From the IMG/VR virus record IMGVR_UViG_3300029319_000002, positions 32,001 through 96,000 of that record: 64,000 nt of DNA; one strand, written 5' to 3'. Origin of the DNA: a virus. Position numbers and translations under genes: made by a program. Numbering within the stretch: position 1 is the stretch's first letter; each line of letters starts with the position of its first letter. The notes beneath the pieces were generated by a model. That model saw nothing but the letters and a program-made list of their open reading frames with translations, did not search any database and had not been told where the DNA came from. Shown here piece after piece: positions 22,501 through 29,911 of this stretch.

Positions 22501-25500
22501 CCATAATAATCAATCTAAAGCAGCAACTACAGCAGGTGGACTTGCTATTACCGGAACATTATGTGCTAGTCAAGATGTCAAAGTTGCTGGTCAATTAAGG
22601 GCAACAGGTGCTGTTTCTGTTGATGGGAGTGCTCATGTTGCTCAAGGTTTACAAGTAGGAGGAACTGCATCTATAAATGCACTAAGAGTTGCTGGAGCTA
22701 CATGTGCTCAAGGACAAGCATTTGTAAATGGGTCTTTAAGAGTTACTGAAAATTTGACAGTTTCTGGTGCTACTGCCACAGTGGTTGCTCTTGATGCTAA
22801 TCATGTTCAGGCATCTGGAGTTCTTTCAGGAACTCAACTCAGATGCACCAGTGCTTCTGTTGGTGGAACATTAGTAGTTGGTGGAACAGCATCTTTTAAA
22901 GGTGCTCTAAATGTTTCTGGAACATTAAGTGCTCGTAAGTATAGTTTTGAACCCTATGGTGTTGTTCCTGCCTATAGTAATAATTCCTATCAAACAATCA
23001 CATATAACTCAGCAGAAAGTGCAATAGAACTATTTTCTTCTAGTGATACTGCCATTGGAATGGCATTCCCTGCATGGAAAGTTAATGTAAATCCAGGAAA
23101 CAAGTGGCAGATTACGATGCAAATTCGTGCATCAGCAAATACCACTGGTGGTGTTTACATTAGAGTTTATGAATATGATGCAGAATTACCTAATGGAAAA
23201 ATCGCAGTATCTCATGAAGCAAGTAACTCACTAGTCCAAGAAGATACAAGAGGAAAAGCATTATCACCAATATATGAAAATCAAAATGGAAGCACTACAT
23301 GGCAGACTTTAACATTTGAATACACTCCTACTGGCAGTGCAGTTTGGGCATCTATTGTTGTCTTGAACTGGACAGGATTAGGAACAAATAGATTATATGT
23401 AAGAGAACCTCAGATCAATAGTATTCTTGAGAACGTTAATGTTGGTAGTAATGTTCAAGTTGCTGGACACGTTTCTGCTGGTGGTTATGGACATTTTGGA
23501 CAAGCTTTACAAGTATCTGGATCTGCATCTTTAGGGTCACTAAAAGTTGCTGGCACTACATGTTTACAAGGTCAAGCAATTGCAGAGCAGTTACAAGTTC
23601 ATGGAATAACTAGCACTGTTCAATCAATAAGAACAGCAGCACAATCACAAACTAATGCTAATGGTATTGGTGGACTTGCAATATATTCCTCATCTATATC
23701 TTGGGCTGGAATATCAATTACTGGTCCCGGTGCTACTAAAACTTTGGGTATTCATTATGGTGGACAGAATGATAATACTTTAAGATTTGGAAGATATCAA
23801 AAAGCTGCAAGTATTACTCAAGGTGGTAATTATGAAGCAAATCCAGTCATGTTTGACATGGATAATGGAGCAATTCAGACTATAGGACAGGTAAATGCAC
23901 AAGGTGATTTATTCTGTAATGGACAAGTAAGAACAGCTGCTCAAGTTTCTGCTGCTGGAGATGTAAGAGCAATAGGTCAATTAAGATCAAATGCTCAAGT
24001 TTCTGTTGCAGGTGGTGTTATTGCAAAAGGAGGTTTACAAGTATCTGGAACTGGATCTTTTGGAGCATTAAAAGTTGCTGGAGTTTTATCTGCACAAGGT
24101 GGTTTAGTTATTGATAGTTCATTTAATTGTCAGATCGTAGCACAATTCAATAATATTAGTTGTTCTGATAATATAAGAGTTGATGGACAAATTAGTGCTC
24201 AAGGTTCTATTCTTGCTGGCCAAACTTTAAGAGCAGGTGGTAACTTATGTGGTCAAGGAAACACATTTTGCAATCAACTTTTAAGAGTTGGTGGAACTGC
24301 ATGTTTGCAAGGTGTAGCAGTTGTTAATAGTCACATAGATTTGAAAAGTGAACTGAATTTCGTTGGTGCTACCAATAAGTATATGGACTTTATGTTGGTA
24401 TCCAGTAATCAAGCTACATTTAATGCCAATTTTAGAAGTATGAATCACCAATCCCAGGTATTTCATACTCATTTAGTTTTTAATCGTGGTGCTGCTGTTG
24501 ATTTATATCATAATAATAATTTAAAGGCAGCAACTAGATCCGGTGGATTCTATGTTTCTGGAACATTATCTGTTGTTCAAGATGTAAAAGCAGGAGGACA
24601 AATAAGAGCAGCAGGTGCATTATCTTGTAATGGTAGTGGTCACTTTAGTCAAGGAGTGCAAGTATGTGGAACTGTTTCTTGTAATGGATTACATGCTGCT
24701 GGTGGTAATATTCAAACAACTGGTGCTATTTCTGGTAATACTGTAGTTGGTCAAACACTTCAGTATAACACCCGTGTAAATGGAAATAACCAGGCTCAAT
24801 ATGACAAACTAAGAGTATGGAATAATGGTAATTATGCAATCGGCATGAATAATGCAATGACTGGTGCACATTTGAATGATTATGCGATGACATTTACCAT
24901 GAATAATGAGCAGGATCGTGGTTTTGTGTTTAGACATAGTGGTATGAATAAAGCACAATATGCGATGGCAATGAATGTTTCTGGAAGAACTGCTATTGCT
25001 CACGGATTAAGAGTTGGATATGGCGTTAATTGGCAAGGTGATCCAGGAACTAATCAAATACACTCAGCAGGTGATGTTTATGCTGGTGGACAATTAAGAG
25101 CAGCAGGTGCTGTTTCTGTTAATGGAAGTGCTCATGTTGCTCAAGGTTTACAAGTAGGAGGATCCATTTCTTGTAATGGATTACATGCTGCTGGTAGTAA
25201 TATTCAAACAACTGGTGCTATTTCTGGTGGTCAACTATTAACTGGTGGTCAAGTTCTTGCTGGTGGAAAGGTCAGAGGAACTCAAGTTTGTGCTCAGGCA
25301 CAATGCCTTGTAAACAATCAATTAAGAGTTAGTCAGGGAACTATTCTCAATGGTACTACAAGTATTAAAACTGCAAATGGAACAACACACTGGAATGGAC
25401 AAAACCAAAGAAGAAGTGTAGTATGGAGAAATGATGGTGGACACTATTACTTACTAATTACTGGACAGCAAAATAATGCAAACACATCTTGGAATAGTTG

Positions 25501-26053
25501 GAGACCGTTTTATGTAAGTCTTTCTAATGCATATGTCAATTTTAGAAGATTAATGATAACACAGCAGATAACCGCATGTGGTCAAATTCAATGTAAGGGA
25601 AAGGTTTCTGCTGTGTGTGGTTTTGGTGGTGGTGGTGCCGACTTTGCTGAATATTTTGAATGGGCAGATGGTAATCCAAACGTATCAGATCGTGTTGGAA
25701 GATCTGTTGTAGTTACAGGATCAAGTGGAAAGATTGGTATTGCTACTACCGGACAAACTCCATTTGGAGTTGTAACTGGAAGAGCAGCATTTGTTGGTAA
25801 TACTGCTGGTCGTTGGCACCAAAGATACTTAAAAGATGAATATCTTAGAACTATTAAAGATGAAAATGGAAATGATGTTCCTAATCCTGAATTTAACTCT
25901 GCCTGCACTTATTTTACCAGAGAACAAAGAGCAGAATGGGATCCTATTGGAATGATGGGTAAAATTCCTGTTCGTGTAGGTGAACCTCTCAATCCTAATT
26001 GGATGAAACTAAGAGTTATTTCACCTACGGTTGAAGAATATCTCGTAAGGTGA
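19598..26053 (+). CDS. Tail fibre (2151 aa) with beta-helix repeats, inserted globular modules and a C-terminal Peptidase_G2-type intramolecular chaperone
   Basis: MANRDFKVRHGL start; C-terminal GADFAEYFEWADGNP..DRVGRSVV..GVV..NPEFN..REQRAEWDPIGMMGK matches the phi29 gp12-type chaperone pattern. Confidence 0.85.
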   Translation: MANRDFKVRHGLNVCGNSSLGGDVAISGNLDIGGNLSLESADLSGDLQVSGAASFGSLKVAGTTSLQGGLIVDTSLDVQTTLQADAISASGQLQVDGTTSLKDTLTVSGLTSLQGGLVVDTSMDVQSTLQANTISSSGQLIVQQQALIAGQTSVGGTLKVTGESQVATISSSGQLIVQQQALITGQTSVGGNLKVTGATTLCSTLEVQGTTTLSGDVQAKGNLSVGGDLIVSGALQVGGSGGSGFSVDSPATFGNTVTISGTTTLCSDLSIGGGGKITISSNTTPHIQLKGDGPHKLRFHDAGTTSQSKALDLVYRTNPNTLGFEKASDETKIWETDVDDLKTTFHEQVLISGTICAGTAIIAGALQVSGGADFHSTLQVSGNASVGGNFSTNTLSVGGSTILSGAVQAKSDISVGGSTILSGDVQAKSDISVGGKLVVGGSTICGSAILASNVSTQFLQVSSNTRIGGVLQVTGSISAPGGIHAAGGDIQTSGTISGTQLKFVSASGQRMTVSNLDSVSGRVGTLSATKFNFTSAGGQRMTISSATITSLNVSTITVNQQGNIARRISGTVASNNSSYVTAFTVTGNNLASCIEVFFEGSIANVVVACYAEIVVNHSGDISIRTHQGQYVTLDVQVISNGDEDFAVLVKRNGGVAGTANLNFNVYPKGDETVTATSTNPYSGTTFTHTGARGTKITATGGNPHKFETDGAIVGGKTLTVSGLTSLQGGLVVDTSMDVQTLLQADTISASGNLTVKGSSVLSGKVTAKSNLSVAGSSILSGAVQAKNTLCVGGSGTIAGVSFDKGWVRIGTADAGIAMDPNEIYFAGAGNLGTLSGHLTLNPAQSIVTSKVFDSTANIQTTAIISGTQLRCTSFAGTTVDVTGTLQVSGSTSLGSLKVAGTTCLQNTTVVNSALQLKSELDFIGGTNGKIIDFTLSSNTTATLRSHDANNQNFHNMLIMHRAGAVELFHNNQSKAATTAGGLAITGTLCASQDVKVAGQLRATGAVSVDGSAHVAQGLQVGGTASINALRVAGATCAQGQAFVNGSLRVTENLTVSGATATVVALDANHVQASGVLSGTQLRCTSASVGGTLVVGGTASFKGALNVSGTLSARKYSFEPYGVVPAYSNNSYQTITYNSAESAIELFSSSDTAIGMAFPAWKVNVNPGNKWQITMQIRASANTTGGVYIRVYEYDAELPNGKIAVSHEASNSLVQEDTRGKALSPIYENQNGSTTWQTLTFEYTPTGSAVWASIVVLNWTGLGTNRLYVREPQINSILENVNVGSNVQVAGHVSAGGYGHFGQALQVSGSASLGSLKVAGTTCLQGQAIAEQLQVHGITSTVQSIRTAAQSQTNANGIGGLAIYSSSISWAGISITGPGATKTLGIHYGGQNDNTLRFGRYQKAASITQGGNYEANPVMFDMDNGAIQTIGQVNAQGDLFCNGQVRTAAQVSAAGDVRAIGQLRSNAQVSVAGGVIAKGGLQVSGTGSFGALKVAGVLSAQGGLVIDSSFNCQIVAQFNNISCSDNIRVDGQISAQGSILAGQTLRAGGNLCGQGNTFCNQLLRVGGTACLQGVAVVNSHIDLKSELNFVGATNKYMDFMLVSSNQATFNANFRSMNHQSQVFHTHLVFNRGAAVDLYHNNNLKAATRSGGFYVSGTLSVVQDVKAGGQIRAAGALSCNGSGHFSQGVQVCGTVSCNGLHAAGGNIQTTGAISGNTVVGQTLQYNTRVNGNNQAQYDKLRVWNNGNYAIGMNNAMTGAHLNDYAMTFTMNNEQDRGFVFRHSGMNKAQYAMAMNVSGRTAIAHGLRVGYGVNWQGDPGTNQIHSAGDVYAGGQLRAAGAVSVNGSAHVAQGLQVGGSISCNGLHAAGSNIQTTGAISGGQLLTGGQVLAGGKVRGTQVCAQAQCLVNNQLRVSQGTILNGTTSIKTANGTTHWNGQNQRRSVVWRNDGGHYYLLITGQQNNANTSWNSWRPFYVSLSNAYVNFRRLMITQQITACGQIQCKGKVSAVCGFGGGGADFAEYFEWADGNPNVSDRVGRSVVVTGSSGKIGIATTGQTPFGVVTGRAAFVGNTAGRWHQRYLKDEYLRTIKDENGNDVPNPEFNSACTYFTREQRAEWDPIGMMGKIPVRVGEPLNPNWMKLRVISPTVEEYLVR
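19994..20184 (+). repeat. Tandem 86 bp duplication, period 105 bp (35 aa), 2 mismatches
   Basis: 19994-20079 vs 20099-20184 (TISSSGQLIVQQQALIxGQTSVGGxLKV). Confidence 0.95.
20783..20901 (+). repeat. Tandem 54 bp (18 aa) repeat, about 2.2 copies, 1 mismatch between the full copies
   Basis: AGTGTCGGTGGTTCAACTATCCTTTCTGGTG(C/A)TGTTCAAGCAAAAAGTGATATC. Confidence 0.95.
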
Positions 26054-26058
26054 TATAA

Positions 26059-26066
26059 TATAAATA
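26059..26066 (+). promoter_or_regulatory. T4 late promoter (perfect consensus)
   Basis: TATAAATA 28 bp before the ATG at 26094. Confidence 0.8.
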
Positions 26067-26093
26067 TCTCAAGTTGATAACTACATTACAACA

Positions 26094-26330
26094 ATGAAAA
26101 AAGCATTAGAAACTGTTTATACATCATTTGAAACTCAATTAAAAGAGCATAAAGAAGCAATCGCAAAATTGGAGGGTGAACTCATGCAAAGACGAGAGCT
26201 TGCTCTAAAACTTGAAGGGGCTTTAGAAGGATTTGCTCTTGTAGATAAAGAATCAAAGAAACCTGAAAATATGCCGATGGTTCAATTAGATGATGAAGAT
26301 GAGGAGGAAGAATCTGAAGAGGAGGATTGA
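26094..26330 (+). CDS. Small coiled-coil protein with acidic tail (78 aa), possibly a fibre assembly accessory
   Basis: Heptad-like LKEHKEAIAKLEGELMQRRELALKLEGALE; follows the fibre genes under a late promoter. Confidence 0.75.
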   Translation: MKKALETVYTSFETQLKEHKEAIAKLEGELMQRRELALKLEGALEGFALVDKESKKPENMPMVQLDDEDEEEESEEED

Positions 26331-26333
26331 TAA

Positions 26334-26480
26334 ATGAGGAGAAGATATCGCATCATATTAGAACTAGAATTGATGGAAGATAAAGAACCAGAGGCTCTTG
26401 ACTGGCAAGAACTTCTACAATTAGAAGAGAATGAATATGTTGATGTGATAGATGTTGAAGAAGAAGATGATGTTTGGTGA
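26334..26480 (+). CDS. Small acidic hypothetical protein (48 aa), not in the track
   Basis: MRRRYRIILELELMEDKEPEALDWQELLQLEENEYVDVIDVEEEDDVW*. Confidence 0.7.
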   Translation: MRRRYRIILELELMEDKEPEALDWQELLQLEENEYVDVIDVEEEDDVW

Positions 26481-26540
26481 CAATCTAACTTCTGTCACAA
26501 CCTCCCTTGACGGGGAGGTTTTTTTATGTTATGTTATAAT
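26476..26540 (+). promoter_or_regulatory. Early promoter cassette for dam
   Basis: Dyad GGTGACAATC-taac-TTCTGTCACA; TTGACG 26507-26512 with TATGTT at 17 bp; also TGtTATAAT 26532-26540. Confidence 0.65.
26499..26525 (+). terminator. Intrinsic terminator ending the late fibre block
   Basis: AACCTCCC-TTGACG-GGGAGGTT followed by a T run. Confidence 0.85.
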
Positions 26541-26554
26541 CAAAACGAGATTGT

Positions 26555-27409
26555 ATGAAACCAGCAAAGTTCAAAACTTGTCTCCGTTATCCTGGTGGAA
26601 AGAGTAAAGCACTCAAAACTTTGGGAGAATGGATTCCATCGGACTTCAAAGAGTTTCGAGATCCATTTTTAGGTGGTGGAAGTATTCCTTTGATGGTATC
26701 ACAAAACTATCCAAATGTTCCTGTTTGGGTGAATGACAAATACTTCTTTTTGTTTAATTTCTGGTTGCAACTGCGTGATCAAGGAGTCCTTTTGTCAAAT
26801 AAAATTAGGGAAATTAAAGAAGAAGTAAATGGTGACGATGAAGCACATCGAGATCTGTTTAATCAGTATGCAAAAGAGATGAAAGATTATGAACCTTTTA
26901 TGCAAGCAGTTGCATTTTTCATCCTAAACAAGTGTTCATACTCTGGACTCACTGAAAACTCTACATTTTCAAAGACAGCATCTAGATCAAATTTTTCGAT
27001 TGTTGGTGCTGAGAAACTAAAAATGTTCTCACATATTATCAAGAACTGGAAAATCACTAATGTTGATTATTCTGAGGTGATGTGTGCTCCTGGTGAAGAT
27101 GTTTTTGTATTTCTAGATCCTCCATATGATATTAAAGATTTTCTTTATGGAACTGATCGCAAACTTCACTCTTCATTTTCTCATGAAAGTTTTGCTGACA
27201 ATGTGGACAAATGTCCGCATCAATTCATGATTACTTACAATAAGAATGAGTGGTTAGAAACTAGATACAAAGATTATACTCTTAAAGACTGGGAACTTCG
27301 TTACTCTATGGTTCATCGTGGAGATAAAGGCACAAAAGAAAATATAAAAACGGAATTGTTAATTTCTAATTATAACGTGGACACTTTAGAAACTGCCACA
27401 CTATTCTAA
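26555..27409 (+). CDS. dam: DNA adenine methyltransferase (Dam/D12 class)
   Basis: LRYPGGKSKA, DPFLGGGS (SAM-binding) and FLDPPY (catalytic) motifs. Confidence 0.92.
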   Translation: MKPAKFKTCLRYPGGKSKALKTLGEWIPSDFKEFRDPFLGGGSIPLMVSQNYPNVPVWVNDKYFFLFNFWLQLRDQGVLLSNKIREIKEEVNGDDEAHRDLFNQYAKEMKDYEPFMQAVAFFILNKCSYSGLTENSTFSKTASRSNFSIVGAEKLKMFSHIIKNWKITNVDYSEVMCAPGEDVFVFLDPPYDIKDFLYGTDRKLHSSFSHESFADNVDKCPHQFMITYNKNEWLETRYKDYTLKDWELRYSMVHRGDKGTKENIKTELLISNYNVDTLETATLF

Positions 27410-27450
27410 CCACTCCCACATTTTTCCTGTATATTAAAAGAGTCAAAGAA
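27377..27450 (+). promoter_or_regulatory. Early promoter cassette
   Basis: Dyad GTGGACACTT-taga-AACTGCCACA; TATATT 27430-27435; AAAAGAGTCAAAG leader. Confidence 0.8.
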
Positions 27451-27455
27451 ATCAA

Positions 27456-27623
27456 ATGCAAGGTTCTTCACAAGTTCTCCGTTCACTTCAATCACTTCAG
27501 CAATGCTATCGTGACCAAAATTTTGTTCTTACTAAAGAACAACAGGAACGATATGATGAGTTGCTGATGCTCCGTCGTGCTTTTATTCAGCACTGGAGAG
27601 AAAATAAACAAATCACAAACTGA
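27456..27623 (+). CDS. Hypothetical early protein (55 aa), not in the track
   Basis: MQGSSQVLRSLQSLQQCYRDQNFVLTKEQQERYDELLMLRRAFIQHWRENKQITN*, directly after the promoter leader. Confidence 0.75.
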   Translation: MQGSSQVLRSLQSLQQCYRDQNFVLTKEQQERYDELLMLRRAFIQHWRENKQITN

Positions 27624-27634
27624 GGTAAACTATC

Positions 27635-27772
27635 ATGCAATGGGAAGTTCAACTTATCAAAAACGGTCGTCAATTTTCGGATTATGTTTTTGCATCAGAT
27701 TTTAATGATGCCCGAGATGTTGCAATCCATCGCAATCCTGGTTCTACTTTTATCACCGCAAATGTAGTTTGA
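27635..27772 (+). CDS. Conserved small cyanophage protein (45 aa), not in the track
   Basis: MQWEVQLIKNGRQFSDYVFASDFNDARDVAIHRNPGSTFITANVV*; resembles the recalled family with A.D..EAR.VA..RNP. Confidence 0.75.
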   Translation: MQWEVQLIKNGRQFSDYVFASDFNDARDVAIHRNPGSTFITANVV

Positions 27773-27789
27773 TTTTTCTCTACTTTTTA

Positions 27790-27933
27790 ATGAAACTAAC
27801 TGTTACTTTTTCAGGGTATGTTCCTGAAGAATGTAATGATAATCACAGACAATATGATACTCAAAGGGGGAATCATATTGAAAGAACTTGCATCATTGAA
27901 AACACGCAAAAAATTGGTGTGCCAGTTCAATAA
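27790..27933 (+). CDS. Hypothetical protein (47 aa), not in the track
   Basis: MKLTVTFSGYVPEEC...IGVPVQ*; preferred to the overlapping track ORF 27818..28006, which crosses a promoter. Confidence 0.55.
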   Translation: MKLTVTFSGYVPEECNDNHRQYDTQRGNHIERTCIIENTQKIGVPVQ

Positions 27934-27976
27934 CCTGCACAAACCTCTTGACTTTTCGGTCGAGAGGTTTTATATT
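27918..27976 (+). promoter_or_regulatory. Early promoter cassette with a stem-loop over the -35 box
   Basis: Dyad TGTGCCAGTT-caat-AACCTGCACA; TTGACT 27948-27953, 17 bp, TATATT 27971-27976; hairpin 27941-27970. Confidence 0.85.
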
Positions 27977-28002
27977 ATATTCATCAATCAAAGATTACTG
28001 AC

Positions 28003-29193
28003 TTGACTATCACTCTTCGTCCGCATCAACAACGTGGCATCAATCGTATGGAAGAGTATGCCAAAGGTCAACTGATTTTCCCCACCGGAGCAGGTAAAAC
28101 TCTCACGGCAATTATGGATGCCAAGAGAGTTTTTGAGACCGCAAATTCTCACAAAACCATTGTGATTGTTGCTCCTCGTATTCTCCTTGCTGAGCAACTT
28201 TGCAGTGAGTTTCTGGAGGTTATTCAACGCAAAGATGTGCATGTGATGCACGTTCACAGTGGTGAAACTTCTTACTTCAGCACCACTAAAGTCAAGGAGA
28301 TTGAACTGCATGATTCTGTCTGCAAAACTGCTGGTGAGCATCAACTTATCTTCACCACTTACAACTCTCTGGGTCGCATTGTAGACGCAAAGGTTGAGGT
28401 CGATACTATCTACTTTGACGAGGCACATAATAGTGTCAAACGTAACTTTTTCCCTGCAACTGAGCACTTCAGTCAAGAGGCAAATCGTTGCTATTTCTTC
28501 ACTGCAACCCGCAAAACTTCTGTCACCATTATGAAACCCGGCATGAATGATCGTGCCGTCTATGGTGATGTGATCTGCCGAGTTTCTGCACCTGAGTTGG
28601 TTGAAGGTGGTTTCATTCTTCCCCCTAAAGTTAAGGTAATTGAAATGGACAAAGTTGATCGCAAGTCCATCACTCCTCACCTTGAAAGTAACAACATTCT
28701 CACCACTATTGATGACATCAACATCAAAAAGATTCTGGTGTGTGCAAAAACTACTAAGCAACTGACTACAATTTTCCAGACAGATTTTGCCGATCAATTG
28801 GAACAACGTGGTTATTCTTATCTGTATATCACTGCCAAAACTGGTGCTGTTATCGACGGTGAGAAAGTTTCCCGTGAGAAGTTCTTTGAAACTTTGAACG
28901 CTTGGGGTAAAGATCCTAGCAAAAAGTTTGTTGTTCTTCATCGTTCAATTCTGTCCGAAGGTATCAACGTCAGTCAACTGGAAGCAGTCATCTTCATGCG
29001 TAACATGGATGTGATTGAAATGACCCAGACTGTGGGTCGTGTGCTTCGTAAAGGTGGTGAAAGTAAGACTTATGGGTTCTGTGTCGTTCCTGTTTATTCT
29101 AAGGTAGGTATCTCCACTCAACGTGGATTGCAGACAGTTATTGATACTGTCTTTGAAAAAGGTGAGATGCTTGATAGTGTTGTTCGTCGTTGA
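28003..29193 (+). CDS. SF2 (DExH) helicase, type III restriction Res-like (TTG start)
   Basis: PTGAGKT, DEAH, TAT, ILSEGINV and QTVGRVLR motifs. Confidence 0.9.
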   Translation: MTITLRPHQQRGINRMEEYAKGQLIFPTGAGKTLTAIMDAKRVFETANSHKTIVIVAPRILLAEQLCSEFLEVIQRKDVHVMHVHSGETSYFSTTKVKEIELHDSVCKTAGEHQLIFTTYNSLGRIVDAKVEVDTIYFDEAHNSVKRNFFPATEHFSQEANRCYFFTATRKTSVTIMKPGMNDRAVYGDVICRVSAPELVEGGFILPPKVKVIEMDKVDRKSITPHLESNNILTTIDDINIKKILVCAKTTKQLTTIFQTDFADQLEQRGYSYLYITAKTGAVIDGEKVSREKFFETLNAWGKDPSKKFVVLHRSILSEGINVSQLEAVIFMRNMDVIEMTQTVGRVLRKGGESKTYGFCVVPVYSKVGISTQRGLQTVIDTVFEKGEMLDSVVRR

Positions 29194-29268
29194 TGTGCCA
29201 GTGGGGAGAACTGTCCACCATTCTCCCCAAAGCACCATAAAACATGTATATTAAAAGAGTCAAAGGAA
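29194..29268 (+). promoter_or_regulatory. Early promoter cassette (repeat copy A)
   Basis: Dyad TGTGCCAGTG-gggag-AACTGTCCAC; TATATT 29247-29252; GGGGAGAA/TTCTCCCC inverted repeat. Confidence 0.85.
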
Positions 29269-29276
29269 TTTAAGTC

Positions 29277-29828
29277 ATGCACCTGATTGATTCTCTGGAA
29301 ACAAAAACTGACTGGGGTAAGATTTTTGGTGTTGTAGATTCTCTCTACAATGATGCAGGATTCTCCTCCAATGCTGATAACTTTGCCCGTGCAACTGCTG
29401 TAGAGAAAGCAATCGCAAAGTTCTCAGATCTTGAACGTGTAGATAAAACTGGATATGATTTTCTCTTCGGTGATAAAAAGATTGAACTGAAAATGGGCAA
29501 GAATTTATTCTACAAACGTAAGGACATTCATGCCACTAAAAAGTTCAAAGTAAAATCTTTTCTGAGTGAGAAGAAAACTGTCGAAGATTTCCGTCAAAAT
29601 AAAACTTTTGACTACATGATGGTGATTGATCTCACGGCACGTCGTGTGGTGATTGTTGAAGATGAGAAAGCACGATCTTTGTATCAAGAAGGTGCTGATG
29701 GGGCAATGATTGAACTGAAGTTGGGTGACTATTATCAGTGTGATTTGGGTGAGTTTGATGTTACTGAACCTCCCACACTTTTGTCTAGAGCTATCAACAA
29801 AGCAATCGAAGGTTATCTGGACTTCTGA
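29277..29828 (+). CDS. Putative PD-(D/E)xK (restriction-fold) nuclease (183 aa)
   Basis: AVE..VDKTGYDFLFGDKKIELK pattern (D..E-x-K), then FDYMMVID. Confidence 0.5.
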   Translation: MHLIDSLETKTDWGKIFGVVDSLYNDAGFSSNADNFARATAVEKAIAKFSDLERVDKTGYDFLFGDKKIELKMGKNLFYKRKDIHATKKFKVKSFLSEKKTVEDFRQNKTFDYMMVIDLTARRVVIVEDEKARSLYQEGADGAMIELKLGDYYQCDLGEFDVTEPPTLLSRAINKAIEGYLDF

Positions 29829-29829
29829 G

Positions 29830-29904
29830 TGTGCCAGTTTATCAAAGTGTCCACCATTCTCCCCAAAGCACTCTAAAACCTGTATATTAAAAGAGTCAAA
29901 GGAA
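29830..29904 (+). promoter_or_regulatory. Early promoter cassette (repeat copy B)
   Basis: Dyad TGTGCCAGTT-tatca-AAGTGTCCAC; TATATT 29883-29888; 54/57 identical to copy A. Confidence 0.85.
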
Positions 29905-29911
29905 CAACGAC

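Noticed and set aside
19994-25228. Possible diversity-generating retroelement: in four near-identical repeat pairs all six mismatches have A in the downstream copy
   Set aside because: No reverse transcriptase in the window, all copies are in-frame coding, and other pairs (8247/9048, 9785/19922) differ at non-A positions. AT-biased mutation explains G/A and C/A differences. A whole-genome RT search would settle it.
1182-25908. Many 60-150 aa alternative-frame and antisense ORFs inside the giant fibre genes (likewise within gp7, gp8 and the DUF4815 gene)
   Set aside because: Expected shadows of repetitive GGT/GTT/ACT-rich coding sequence; no independent signals.
27988-28941. 317-aa minus-strand ORF antisense to the helicase
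   Set aside because: Fully overlaps a gene with all SF2 motifs; it has no promoter or recognisable motif and is best explained as a codon-bias shadow.
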